From Escherichia coli (GTDB lineage: Bacteria; Pseudomonadota; Gammaproteobacteria; Enterobacterales; Enterobacteriaceae): a stretch of 64,000 nt of DNA. Where the stretch lies: NCBI RefSeq assembly GCF_001677475.2, contig NZ_CP015229.1; one strand, 5' to 3'. Below are positions 30,534 to 42,168 of this stretch, piece after piece; position 1 is the first letter of the stretch, and each line of letters opens with the position of its first letter. The notes below the pieces were generated by a model. It did no database searches. It was not told where the DNA came from and was given only the letters and a program-made list of their open reading frames with translations. The translations under genes and the position numbers were made by a program.

Positions 30534-30666
30534 AAAATTAAATAAGCAGATTAATTTTTTTATTCATTGTTTTAAAAAAGATTATATCTTTACGTCCGTA
30601 ACCGGAGATTTCCCGCAAAGCCGATTTACCGATAATGAAATATCGTCTTTTATAAGGATATCTAAG

Positions 30667-32265
30667 ATGCGTAAAACAGTGGCTTTTGGCTTTGTCGGTA
30701 CCGTACTGGATTATGCCGGACGCGGCAGTCAGCGCTGGTCAAAATGGCGTCCGACACTCTGTTTATGCCAGCAAGAATCGTTGGTCATCGATCGACTGGA
30801 ATTATTGCACGACGCCCGCTCGCGCTCGCTATTTGAAACGCTTAAACGCGATATCGCCAGCGTTTCGCCAGAAACAGAAGTGCTGAGCGTTGAGATTGAA
30901 CTGCATAACCCGTGGGATTTCGAAGAGGTTTACGCCTGCCTGCATGATTTCGCCCGTGGTTACGAGTTTCAGCCAGAAAAAGAAGACTATTTAATTCACA
31001 TCACCACCGGCACCCACGTCGCGCAGATTTGCTGGTTTCTGCTGGCGGAAGCGCGTTACCTGCCCGCCCGGTTGATACAATCTTCACCTCCGCGCAAAAA
31101 AGAACAGCCGCGCGGCGCAGGTGAAGTGACGATTATCGATCTCGATTTAAGCCGTTATAACGCCATCGCCAGCCGCTTTGCCGAGGAACGCCAGCAAACG
31201 CTTGATTTTCTTAAGTCCGGCATTGCCACGCGTAACCCCCTCTTCAACCGCATGATTGAGCAGATTGAAAAAGTGGCGATTAAATCCCGCGCACCGATCC
31301 TGCTTAACGGCCCGACCGGCGCGGGTAAGTCGTTTCTGGCACGACGAATTTTCGAATTAAAACAGGCGCGGCATCAGTTTAGCGGCGCGTTTGTGGAAGT
31401 GAACTGCGCCACCTTGCGTGGCGATACCGCCATGTCGACGCTGTTTGGTCATGTAAAAGGCGCGTTTACCGGGGCGCGGGAATCTCGTGAAGGTTTATTA
31501 CGTAGCGCCAACGGCGGAATGTTGTTTCTTGATGAGATTGGCGAACTGGGCGCAGACGAACAGGCAATGCTGCTAAAAGCCATTGAAGAGAAAACCTTTT
31601 ACCCATTTGGCAGCGATCGCCAGGTGAACAGTGATTTTCAGCTTATCGCCGGAACGGTGCGCGATTTGCGCCAGCTGGTTGCCGAAGGCAAATTTCGCGA
31701 AGATCTGTACGCGCGGATCAATCTCTGGACCTTCACCCTGCCGGGTCTACGCCAGCGCCAGGAAGATATTGAACCGAACCTGGATTATGAAGTGGAGCGC
31801 CACGCCACACTCACTGGTGACAGCGTGCGTTTTAACACCGAAGCGCGGCGTGCCTGGTTGGCTTTTGCGACCTCTCCCCAGGCGACATGGCGCGGTAACT
31901 TTCGCGAACTTTCCGCCAGCGTCACGCGGATGGCCACCTTTGCCACTAGCGGACGCATCACTCTGGCCGTGGTTGAAGATGAGATAAACCGTCTGCGCTA
32001 TAACTGGCAGGAGAGCCGCCCCTCCGCGCTTACGACTTTGCTGGGCGCAGAGGCAGAAAACATCGATCTCTTCGACCGTATGCAACTGGAATACGTTATC
32101 GCTATCTGCCGCCAGGCAAAGTCGCTTTCCGCAGCCGGACGCCAGCTTTTTGACGTTTCGCGCCAGGGCAAAGCCAGCGTCAATGACGCGGATCGGCTAC
32201 GCAAATACCTGGCGCGTTTTGGTCTGACGTGGGAAGCCGTGCAGGATCAGCACAGCTCCAGTTGA
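30667..32265 (+). CDS. rtcR: RtcR, sigma54-dependent activator of rtcBA
   Basis: 532-aa ORF; AAA+ sigma54-activator motifs GPTGAGKS and GAFTGA; divergent from rtcB. Confidence 0.95.
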   Translation: MRKTVAFGFVGTVLDYAGRGSQRWSKWRPTLCLCQQESLVIDRLELLHDARSRSLFETLKRDIASVSPETEVLSVEIELHNPWDFEEVYACLHDFARGYEFQPEKEDYLIHITTGTHVAQICWFLLAEARYLPARLIQSSPPRKKEQPRGAGEVTIIDLDLSRYNAIASRFAEERQQTLDFLKSGIATRNPLFNRMIEQIEKVAIKSRAPILLNGPTGAGKSFLARRIFELKQARHQFSGAFVEVNCATLRGDTAMSTLFGHVKGAFTGARESREGLLRSANGGMLFLDEIGELGADEQAMLLKAIEEKTFYPFGSDRQVNSDFQLIAGTVRDLRQLVAEGKFREDLYARINLWTFTLPGLRQRQEDIEPNLDYEVERHATLTGDSVRFNTEARRAWLAFATSPQATWRGNFRELSASVTRMATFATSGRITLAVVEDEINRLRYNWQESRPSALTTLLGAEAENIDLFDRMQLEYVIAICRQAKSLSAAGRQLFDVSRQGKASVNDADRLRKYLARFGLTWEAVQDQHSSS

Positions 32266-33005
32266 ATATGGTGGTCCGTCAGCACCTGCATCACGCTTAC
32301 TGGCGGCGGGGCGTCGGTGTAGACGGCATCTACCATGCTGATGCTACCCATATTGACCATCGCGTTACGGCTAAATTTCGAGTGATCGACAACCAGCATA
32401 ACGTGGCGCGAGTTCTCAATAATGGCGCGTTTGGTGCGAACTTCGTGGTAATCGAACTCCAGCAGCGAGCCGTCGCTATCGATGCCGCTGATCCCCAGAA
32501 TACCGAAATCAAGGCGGAACTGGGAGATAAAATCGAGCGTCGCTTCGCCTATGATCCCACCATCGCGGCTACGTAATTCGCCACCGGCGAGAATAATACG
32601 AAAATCTTCTTTTACCATCAACGTGTTAGCGACGTTGAGATTGTTGGTGACAATGCGCAAATTGCTGTGATTAAGCAGCGCGTGCGCCACCGCTTCCGGG
32701 GTGGTGCCGATATCGATAAACAGCGTCGAGCCGTTGGGGATTTGCTCCGCCACTTTGCGGGCAATACGCTCTTTTTCTTCGGTCTGGGTGGCTTTGCGAT
32801 CGTGCCACGGCGTGTTAACCGAACTGGAAGGTAGCGCCGCGCCGCCATGATGGCGCAGGATCAGGTTTTGCTCCGCCAGCTCGTTGAGGTCGCGACGAAT
32901 AGTCTGCGGGCTGACGGAGAAGTGCTCCACCAGTTCCTCGGTACTGACATAACCCTGCTGTTTAACCAGTTCGATAATACCGTTGTGACGTTGTGTTTGT
33001 TTCAT
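32247..33005 (-). CDS. glpR: GlpR, DeoR-family repressor of the glp regulon
   Basis: 252-aa ORF; N-terminal DeoR HTH; 3' end overlaps the rtcR 3' end by 19 nt. Confidence 0.95.
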   Translation of the reverse strand: MKQTQRHNGIIELVKQQGYVSTEELVEHFSVSPQTIRRDLNELAEQNLILRHHGGAALPSSSVNTPWHDRKATQTEEKERIARKVAEQIPNGSTLFIDIGTTPEAVAHALLNHSNLRIVTNNLNVANTLMVKEDFRIILAGGELRSRDGGIIGEATLDFISQFRLDFGILGISGIDSDGSLLEFDYHEVRTKRAIIENSRHVMLVVDHSKFSRNAMVNMGSISMVDAVYTDAPPPVSVMQVLTDHHIQLELC

Positions 33006-33021
33006 TTATAAATCCCTGGAA

Positions 33022-33864
<843 letters not shown>

Positions 33865-33896
33865 TTATTCCACACAAAAGGGGACAGTATAAAGCG

Positions 33897-34301
<405 letters not shown>

Positions 34302-34361
34302 TTATACATATCACTCTAAAATGTTTTTTCAATGTTACCCAAAGCGCGATTCTTTGCTAAT

Positions 34362-34379
34362 ATGTTCGATAACGAACAT
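34362..34379. promoter_or_regulatory. GlpR operator palindrome in the glpE/glpD divergent control region
   Basis: ATGTTCGATAACGAACAT, perfect inverted repeat, 34 bp upstream of glpD ATG. Confidence 0.7.
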
Positions 34380-34412
34380 TTATGAGCTTTAACGAAAGTG
34401 AATGAGGGCAGC

Positions 34413-35918
34413 ATGGAAACCAAAGATCTGATTGTGATAGGTGGCGGCATCAATGGTGCTGGTATCGCGGCAGACGCCGCTGGACGCGGTTTATCCGTGC
34501 TGATGCTGGAGGCGCAGGATCTCGCTTGTGCGACCTCTTCCGCCAGTTCAAAACTCATTCACGGTGGCCTGCGCTACCTTGAGCACTATGAATTCCGCCT
34601 GGTCAGCGAGGCGCTGGCTGAACGTGAAGTGCTACTGAAAATGGCCCCGCATATCGCCTTCCCGATGCGTTTTCGCCTGCCGCATCGTCCGCATCTGCGC
34701 CCGGCGTGGATGATTCGGATTGGTCTGTTTATGTACGATCATCTGGGTAAACGCACCAGCCTGCCGGGATCAACCGGTTTGCGTTTTGGCGCAAATTCAG
34801 TGTTAAAACCGGAAATTAAGCGCGGATTCGAATATTCCGACTGTTGGGTAGACGACGCCCGTCTGGTACTCGCCAACGCCCAGATGGTGGTGCGTAAAGG
34901 CGGTGAAGTGCTTACCCGGACTCGTGCCACTTCTGCTCGCCGCGAAAACGGCCTGTGGATTGTGGAAGCGGAAGATATCGATACCGGCAAAAAATTCACC
35001 TGGCAGGCGCGCGGCCTGGTTAATGCTACCGGCCCGTGGGTGAAACAGTTCTTCGACGACGGGATGCATCTGCCTTCGCCTTATGGCATTCGCCTGATCA
35101 AAGGCAGCCATATTGTGGTGCCGCGTGTGCATACCCAGAAGCAAGCCTACATTCTGCAAAACGAAGATAAACGTATTGTGTTCGTGATCCCGTGGATGGA
35201 CGAGTTTTCCATCATCGGCACCACCGATGTGGAATACAAAGGCGATCCAAAAGCAGTGAAGATTGAAGAGAGTGAAATCAATTACCTGCTGAAAGTGTAT
35301 AACGCGCACTTTAAAAAACAGTTAAGCCGGGACGATATCGTCTGGACCTACTCCGGCGTGCGCCCGCTGTGTGATGATGAGTCCGATTCGCCGCAGGCTA
35401 TCACTCGTGATTACACCCTTGATATCCATGATGAAAACGGCAAAGCCCCGCTGCTGTCGGTATTCGGCGGTAAGCTGACCACCTACCGCAAACTGGCGGA
35501 ACACGCGCTGGAAAAACTGACGCCATATTATCAGGGCATTGGTCCGGCGTGGACGAAAGAGAGCGTGCTGCCGGGCGGTGCCATTGAAGGCGACCGTGAC
35601 GATTACGCCGCGCGTCTGCGCCGCCGTTACCCATTCCTGACCGAATCGCTGGCACGTCATTACGCACGCACTTACGGCAGCAACAGCGAGCTGTTGCTCG
35701 GCAATGCAGGGGCGATAAGCGACCTCGGGGAGGATTTCGGTCATGAGTTCTACGAAGCGGAGCTGAAATACCTGGTGGATCACGAATGGGTCCGCCGCGC
35801 CGACGATGCCCTGTGGCGTCGCACAAAACAAGGAATGTGGCTGAATGCGGAACAACAATCTCATGTGAGTCAGTGGCTGGTGGAGTATACGCAGCAGAAG
35901 TTGTCGCTGGCGTCGTAA
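34413..35918 (+). CDS. glpD: Aerobic glycerol-3-phosphate dehydrogenase
   Basis: Track ORF 34398..35918; start at ATG 34413 (METKDLIVIGGGINGAGIA, FAD fold); 501 aa. Confidence 0.96.
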   Translation: METKDLIVIGGGINGAGIAADAAGRGLSVLMLEAQDLACATSSASSKLIHGGLRYLEHYEFRLVSEALAEREVLLKMAPHIAFPMRFRLPHRPHLRPAWMIRIGLFMYDHLGKRTSLPGSTGLRFGANSVLKPEIKRGFEYSDCWVDDARLVLANAQMVVRKGGEVLTRTRATSARRENGLWIVEAEDIDTGKKFTWQARGLVNATGPWVKQFFDDGMHLPSPYGIRLIKGSHIVVPRVHTQKQAYILQNEDKRIVFVIPWMDEFSIIGTTDVEYKGDPKAVKIEESEINYLLKVYNAHFKKQLSRDDIVWTYSGVRPLCDDESDSPQAITRDYTLDIHDENGKAPLLSVFGGKLTTYRKLAEHALEKLTPYYQGIGPAWTKESVLPGGAIEGDRDDYAARLRRRYPFLTESLARHYARTYGSNSELLLGNAGAISDLGEDFGHEFYEAELKYLVDHEWVRRADDALWRRTKQGMWLNAEQQSHVSQWLVEYTQQKLSLAS

Positions 35919-35925
35919 GGATGAT

Positions 35926-35948
35926 GCCCGGTTGAAGTGCAACCGGGC
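35926..35948 (+). terminator. Hairpin terminator after glpD (shared with convergent island operon)
   Basis: GCCCGGTTGaagtgCAACCGGGC followed by TATTTGG. Confidence 0.6.
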
Positions 35949-35969
35949 TATTTGGATTCCTTAGACTAT

Positions 35970-36575
35970 TTATTGTAAATAATTGAATAACGGCCCCTGA
36001 GCTAAAATCGCCAAACTTAAGCACGTTACCCACTCACCCCATTTCTGCCTCTGGCTTCTATTTTTGCTACACCAATGGCAATAATATCCCAATGCAAAAC
36101 CAACCTGTGCACTAATCGGGCCGACAAAATCAGTCCACGACTGCGGCCAAAAAGGGGAAAAATTCAGGGGAAGCCAGACAAACGTCAGAAAGAAATTTCG
36201 GATATTTTCCAGCAACGCTGATTTCTCTGGAGAAATATAAAGAATGAAATTCGAGAGAATTAACCAGAAATAGACCGGAGAAAAGACCAGCCAGCAATGC
36301 AGTCTGTTTTTTAATTCAGGAGGCGTTCTGCGGGAGAATTGCCAACCGATGCCCCACATTACACTGAAAAAAAATGCATATTCAACCATTAACTCAAGTT
36401 GTAATTCCTGAAGAGAAATACGCACAACCAGGAGCGGAAAGGAGAATGTTATTTCTGCCAGAAAAGTTAACGTGAATATAAGTACGGCTAAGACAATAAC
36501 CGTCGGCCATACCAATACTGGCACGATAACAAAACCGAGAATTACAGGGGGAATATAAAGCCGGAATTTAATCAT
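35970..36575 (-). CDS. Hypothetical small polytopic membrane protein (last gene of uncharacterised four-gene operon)
   Basis: 201-aa ORF with several hydrophobic helices; AGGAAA 7 nt upstream of ATG; 2-nt gap from the upstream gene's stop. Confidence 0.6.
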   Translation of the reverse strand: MIKFRLYIPPVILGFVIVPVLVWPTVIVLAVLIFTLTFLAEITFSFPLLVVRISLQELQLELMVEYAFFFSVMWGIGWQFSRRTPPELKNRLHCWLVFSPVYFWLILSNFILYISPEKSALLENIRNFFLTFVWLPLNFSPFWPQSWTDFVGPISAQVGFALGYYCHWCSKNRSQRQKWGEWVTCLSLAILAQGPLFNYLQ

Positions 36576-36577
36576 TT

Positions 36578-37345
36578 TTATTTTCCTGGTGATTCGGATG
36601 ATGCGTCATACATCGCGCATAAACACTCATCAATCATCCAGTCGTCTACCCAGACCTGATGCTGTGTACCCTGTTCTGGCTGCTTTGGTGGGTTCTCAAT
36701 CGCCTGCCGCGCGCGTTCTTTCAGGATGGATTGATTGTTGAAGGCCCAGGCATTGATTTGGGCGGTAATGGCATTATCGATATCGTCATGGTTATCTCTG
36801 ATATAACCTTCACGATACTGGTTCAATAAACAGGCAAGTGAAGCTGCCGACCAAAAGCCGGGAATTGAATTAACGGCATCAAGCAACGGCGCAATGGCGA
36901 TATCGGCACGGAAAAACATTTCCAGCATATACTGTAATTCGACAGCTTCATCGCCGGATACCCAATCAGCCATATACTGGCAGGCAAATCGCTGCAATAT
37001 TGCCCGTTCATCCGCACGCCAGTTTTCTTTGTTGGCAAGGTTGATACGGCGCAGAGAAAAAACTTCGTGAATATTGTCAAAATACCCCTGTGCAACAAAT
37101 TCCAGTAAACGCGGAAGAAAATAGCGGACCTCATCGCTATTTTGCGGATCGGGTCCTGGGCTACTATTCCAGGCATTGATTAAGGAATACGAGATCGCTC
37201 GTAACGATGTACTCCGTAATACCTTTTGTTCCTGCTGACTCAGGCAATATTCACAACAAACCACAAATTTCTGCGGCACCGGATAGCGACGAAAAATATG
37301 ATAAATCTGCTCAATTAATGCCTGCATGGCGGGGCTGGGTTGCAT
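36578..37345 (-). CDS. Hypothetical soluble protein (third gene of uncharacterised operon); start ambiguous
   Basis: Track ORF 36578..37372 (264 aa); preferred start is the ATG at 37343-37345 (MQPSPAMQALIEQ, 255 aa) preceded by GAGGGGG and 2 nt after the upstream stop. Confidence 0.55.
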   Translation of the reverse strand: MQPSPAMQALIEQIYHIFRRYPVPQKFVVCCEYCLSQQEQKVLRSTSLRAISYSLINAWNSSPGPDPQNSDEVRYFLPRLLEFVAQGYFDNIHEVFSLRRINLANKENWRADERAILQRFACQYMADWVSGDEAVELQYMLEMFFRADIAIAPLLDAVNSIPGFWSAASLACLLNQYREGYIRDNHDDIDNAITAQINAWAFNNQSILKERARQAIENPPKQPEQGTQHQVWVDDWMIDECLCAMYDASSESPGK

Positions 37346-37347
37346 AA

Positions 37348-38055
37348 TTACCCCCTCGCCCGCTGGTCGCATGTAAATGGTTGATAAACCAAACGAGCAT
37401 TCGCCGCATTCAGGCGAATAATGGCACTACGAGAGAGGGAAAAGCTGGGGCGAATGCAATAATTACAGTCCCGACAGCTATCCTCTGTGCAATTTTCCAC
37501 TGAGTAATGACGCGCGTAGAGTTTCAGTTCAGCCTGCTTATCGCGAAATCCGCGTAAACTGTTATCGCTATGAAATTTCCAGGCTTCTTTAAACACCTGA
37601 AAGATATAGACATCCTCAATCCAGGAGTCACATTTTTTAAGCGGGCGCTTTGCTATGATCACCCGCTCCGGGTTTAGCATCGCCGTAAAATGAACGGTGA
37701 AGTCATTTGTCGTATTCAGGTCACATTGAACATCTGGTACATCACTGATATAGGGGTCAAATCCAAAATCAGCACCACAGGCACAAAGACGACCGATCGT
37801 GGTGGTATCGAGGGAAAATCCCGGCCATACATTGCTGGACGTTAAGCCAATATTTAATGTGACATTATATCGAAGCAATCCCTCAAGACCGTCAGCACCG
37901 ACGAACTTTTCCCCTTCATCCAGGACCTGATTAATGAGTTGTTGAACAATACCTTCATCCCAGTATGCCGATTTGCAGTTGGCAATCGTAATATCCACGC
38001 CTGTGAAAGGATCAGTACCAGCGAGGCTTGCAAATAATGTATTAACTAATTCCAT
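37348..38055 (-). CDS. Hypothetical Cys-rich protein (second gene of uncharacterised operon)
   Basis: 235-aa ORF with 10 Cys including cluster C-x4-C-x2-C-x2-C (CTEDSCRDCNYC); 14 nt downstream of the first gene. Confidence 0.6.
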   Translation of the reverse strand: MELVNTLFASLAGTDPFTGVDITIANCKSAYWDEGIVQQLINQVLDEGEKFVGADGLEGLLRYNVTLNIGLTSSNVWPGFSLDTTTIGRLCACGADFGFDPYISDVPDVQCDLNTTNDFTVHFTAMLNPERVIIAKRPLKKCDSWIEDVYIFQVFKEAWKFHSDNSLRGFRDKQAELKLYARHYSVENCTEDSCRDCNYCIRPSFSLSRSAIIRLNAANARLVYQPFTCDQRARG

Positions 38056-38069
38056 TTTTATTACCCGCC

Positions 38070-39587
38070 TTAATGCAACGTTTTATACATCGGCACATAA
38101 CCCACGTCTTCTACCAAACTCTGCCCCTGCGGCGTTAAAAACCATTCAACCAGTTTTTGTGTTTCTGACGTCATATTTTCCCGCGTTACCATAAAGGCAT
38201 CGACGATATAGGGATATTTGCCATTGCGAATGTTTTCCGCAGTCGGTGCAATACCGTTAATCGCTAACAATTTGATATTCTTATCGGCATTCATTTGTGT
38301 TGCGTAATAGCGGAAGGTATAACCTATTGCGTTGTTTGTATTACGGTATTCGGCAACGACTTTAATCATTCCCTCCATCACACTTGCCACTTCGGTTTCC
38401 TGCGGCGAGATCATACGGACATTTTTCATGACCTGTAATTGCATCACCGTCTGACTGCCAGAGTCTTCCGGGCGTTGCCAGGTCTGGATCTCCTGATCGT
38501 TACCGCCAACAGTACGCCAGTTGGTAATTGCGCCACTAAAAATGTCTCGCACTTGTTGTTCAGTCAGGGAATTGACTGGATTATCAGCATTGACGATAAA
38601 AACAAATGCTTCACGGGCAAAGGGGGTGTACAGCAAAGTGACACCAGATTCCTTTGCACGTTTTTTCTGCCCACCGGAAGGTTGCGCCACGAAAATAATA
38701 TCAGCATCACCCTTAACGATTTTGTTATATGCTTCTGGCGTACGAGAGTTATCCAGATAATCCCAAACGTGAAAATCCTCTGGTATTATGCTTAACGCAT
38801 AAAAGGCAGAAGCATAAATTGGGTACGCCGCCGTGGCACCATCGATTCGCGGCCAGTTTTGCGTAAACTGAATTTGCGGTTTGCCACGCAGCGGCGTCAG
38901 TCGATTATTGAGTTTATCGGGTCGCCAGGCCCAGATATCAATATTTTCGCGTACACCAACACCAGGGTTTTGCTGCTTATATAAATGGGCCTGATACCCA
39001 GCGACAATACCAAGTAAGAGAAGTAGAAACAGGAGTAAGTTACGGCAACGTAGCCCGGACGTGCCGGTTAAAGGATGCCTTGTCGGCCAGCCGTATCCCA
39101 GCGAAAAACTGATATGCGTTCCAACGGGAATAATGACTATCCACCAGTACTCACCACCGACTAATGAGACTAACAAAACACCCAGCCAGGGAAGCATAAG
39201 ATCTGCCAACCAACCTGAAACCATCTGGCGAAATTGATAATCTGCCAGATGTAGCGTGATTATCCAGCCAACCAGGATTAATAAAGCAGGAACTAAAAAA
39301 AGACATTGTCGCCAGGCGGCTATTTCTCTGTTTTCTGGTGCGCTATCGCCCGCCCACACTCGCCCAGAGAAAAATAGCAGTAATGCGCCCAGCGTCAGCA
39401 TAAAGACGTTAAGTAGAAGATAAATTGTTGGCGTAAAGAGTAAATTGCAAAACTCAAGAATAGCGGCAAGCCCGGCCCCCAGCATGGCAATAACCGCCGC
39501 CAAAAACTGCGCCAGAATGGGGATGCCGAAAAAAGTCATTACCAGCGAGGTCAAAATCCATTTTCTGTTTTGCATTATTCTTTCCAT
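38070..39587 (-). CDS. Membrane-anchored PstS-like (PBP-like) substrate-binding-domain protein (first gene of uncharacterised operon); probably the intact form of K-12 pseudogene yzgL
   Basis: 505-aa ORF; N-terminal ~190 aa with multiple hydrophobic helices; C-terminal part with phosphate-binding-protein-like motifs (LTEQQVRDIFSGAITNWRTVGG); alternative start at Met5 (39575). Confidence 0.7.
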   Translation of the reverse strand: MERIMQNRKWILTSLVMTFFGIPILAQFLAAVIAMLGAGLAAILEFCNLLFTPTIYLLLNVFMLTLGALLLFFSGRVWAGDSAPENREIAAWRQCLFLVPALLILVGWIITLHLADYQFRQMVSGWLADLMLPWLGVLLVSLVGGEYWWIVIIPVGTHISFSLGYGWPTRHPLTGTSGLRCRNLLLFLLLLLGIVAGYQAHLYKQQNPGVGVRENIDIWAWRPDKLNNRLTPLRGKPQIQFTQNWPRIDGATAAYPIYASAFYALSIIPEDFHVWDYLDNSRTPEAYNKIVKGDADIIFVAQPSGGQKKRAKESGVTLLYTPFAREAFVFIVNADNPVNSLTEQQVRDIFSGAITNWRTVGGNDQEIQTWQRPEDSGSQTVMQLQVMKNVRMISPQETEVASVMEGMIKVVAEYRNTNNAIGYTFRYYATQMNADKNIKLLAINGIAPTAENIRNGKYPYIVDAFMVTRENMTSETQKLVEWFLTPQGQSLVEDVGYVPMYKTLH

Positions 39588-39604
39588 TCTTTCTGAATGG
39601 CGAA

Positions 39605-39610
39605 ATTATA
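39605..39610 (-). promoter_or_regulatory. Candidate -10 hexamer for the uncharacterised four-gene operon
   Basis: Minus strand TATAAT about 18-23 nt upstream of the first ATG and downstream of the glgP terminator; no good -35. Confidence 0.35.
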
Positions 39611-39659
39611 CTCCCCGAGTCCCCTTGCCCCTTCTGGACACTTTTCCGAAATGATGGCG

Positions 39660-39684
39660 AAAAAAACGGGACCCTTTGGCCCCG
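39660..39684 (-). terminator. Rho-independent terminator after glgP
   Basis: Minus strand CGGGGCCaaagGGTCCCG (one G-U pair) followed by seven T. Confidence 0.75.
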
Positions 39685-39702
39685 CTCTATTTATTAGTGA
39701 AA

Positions 39703-42168
<2,466 letters not shown>

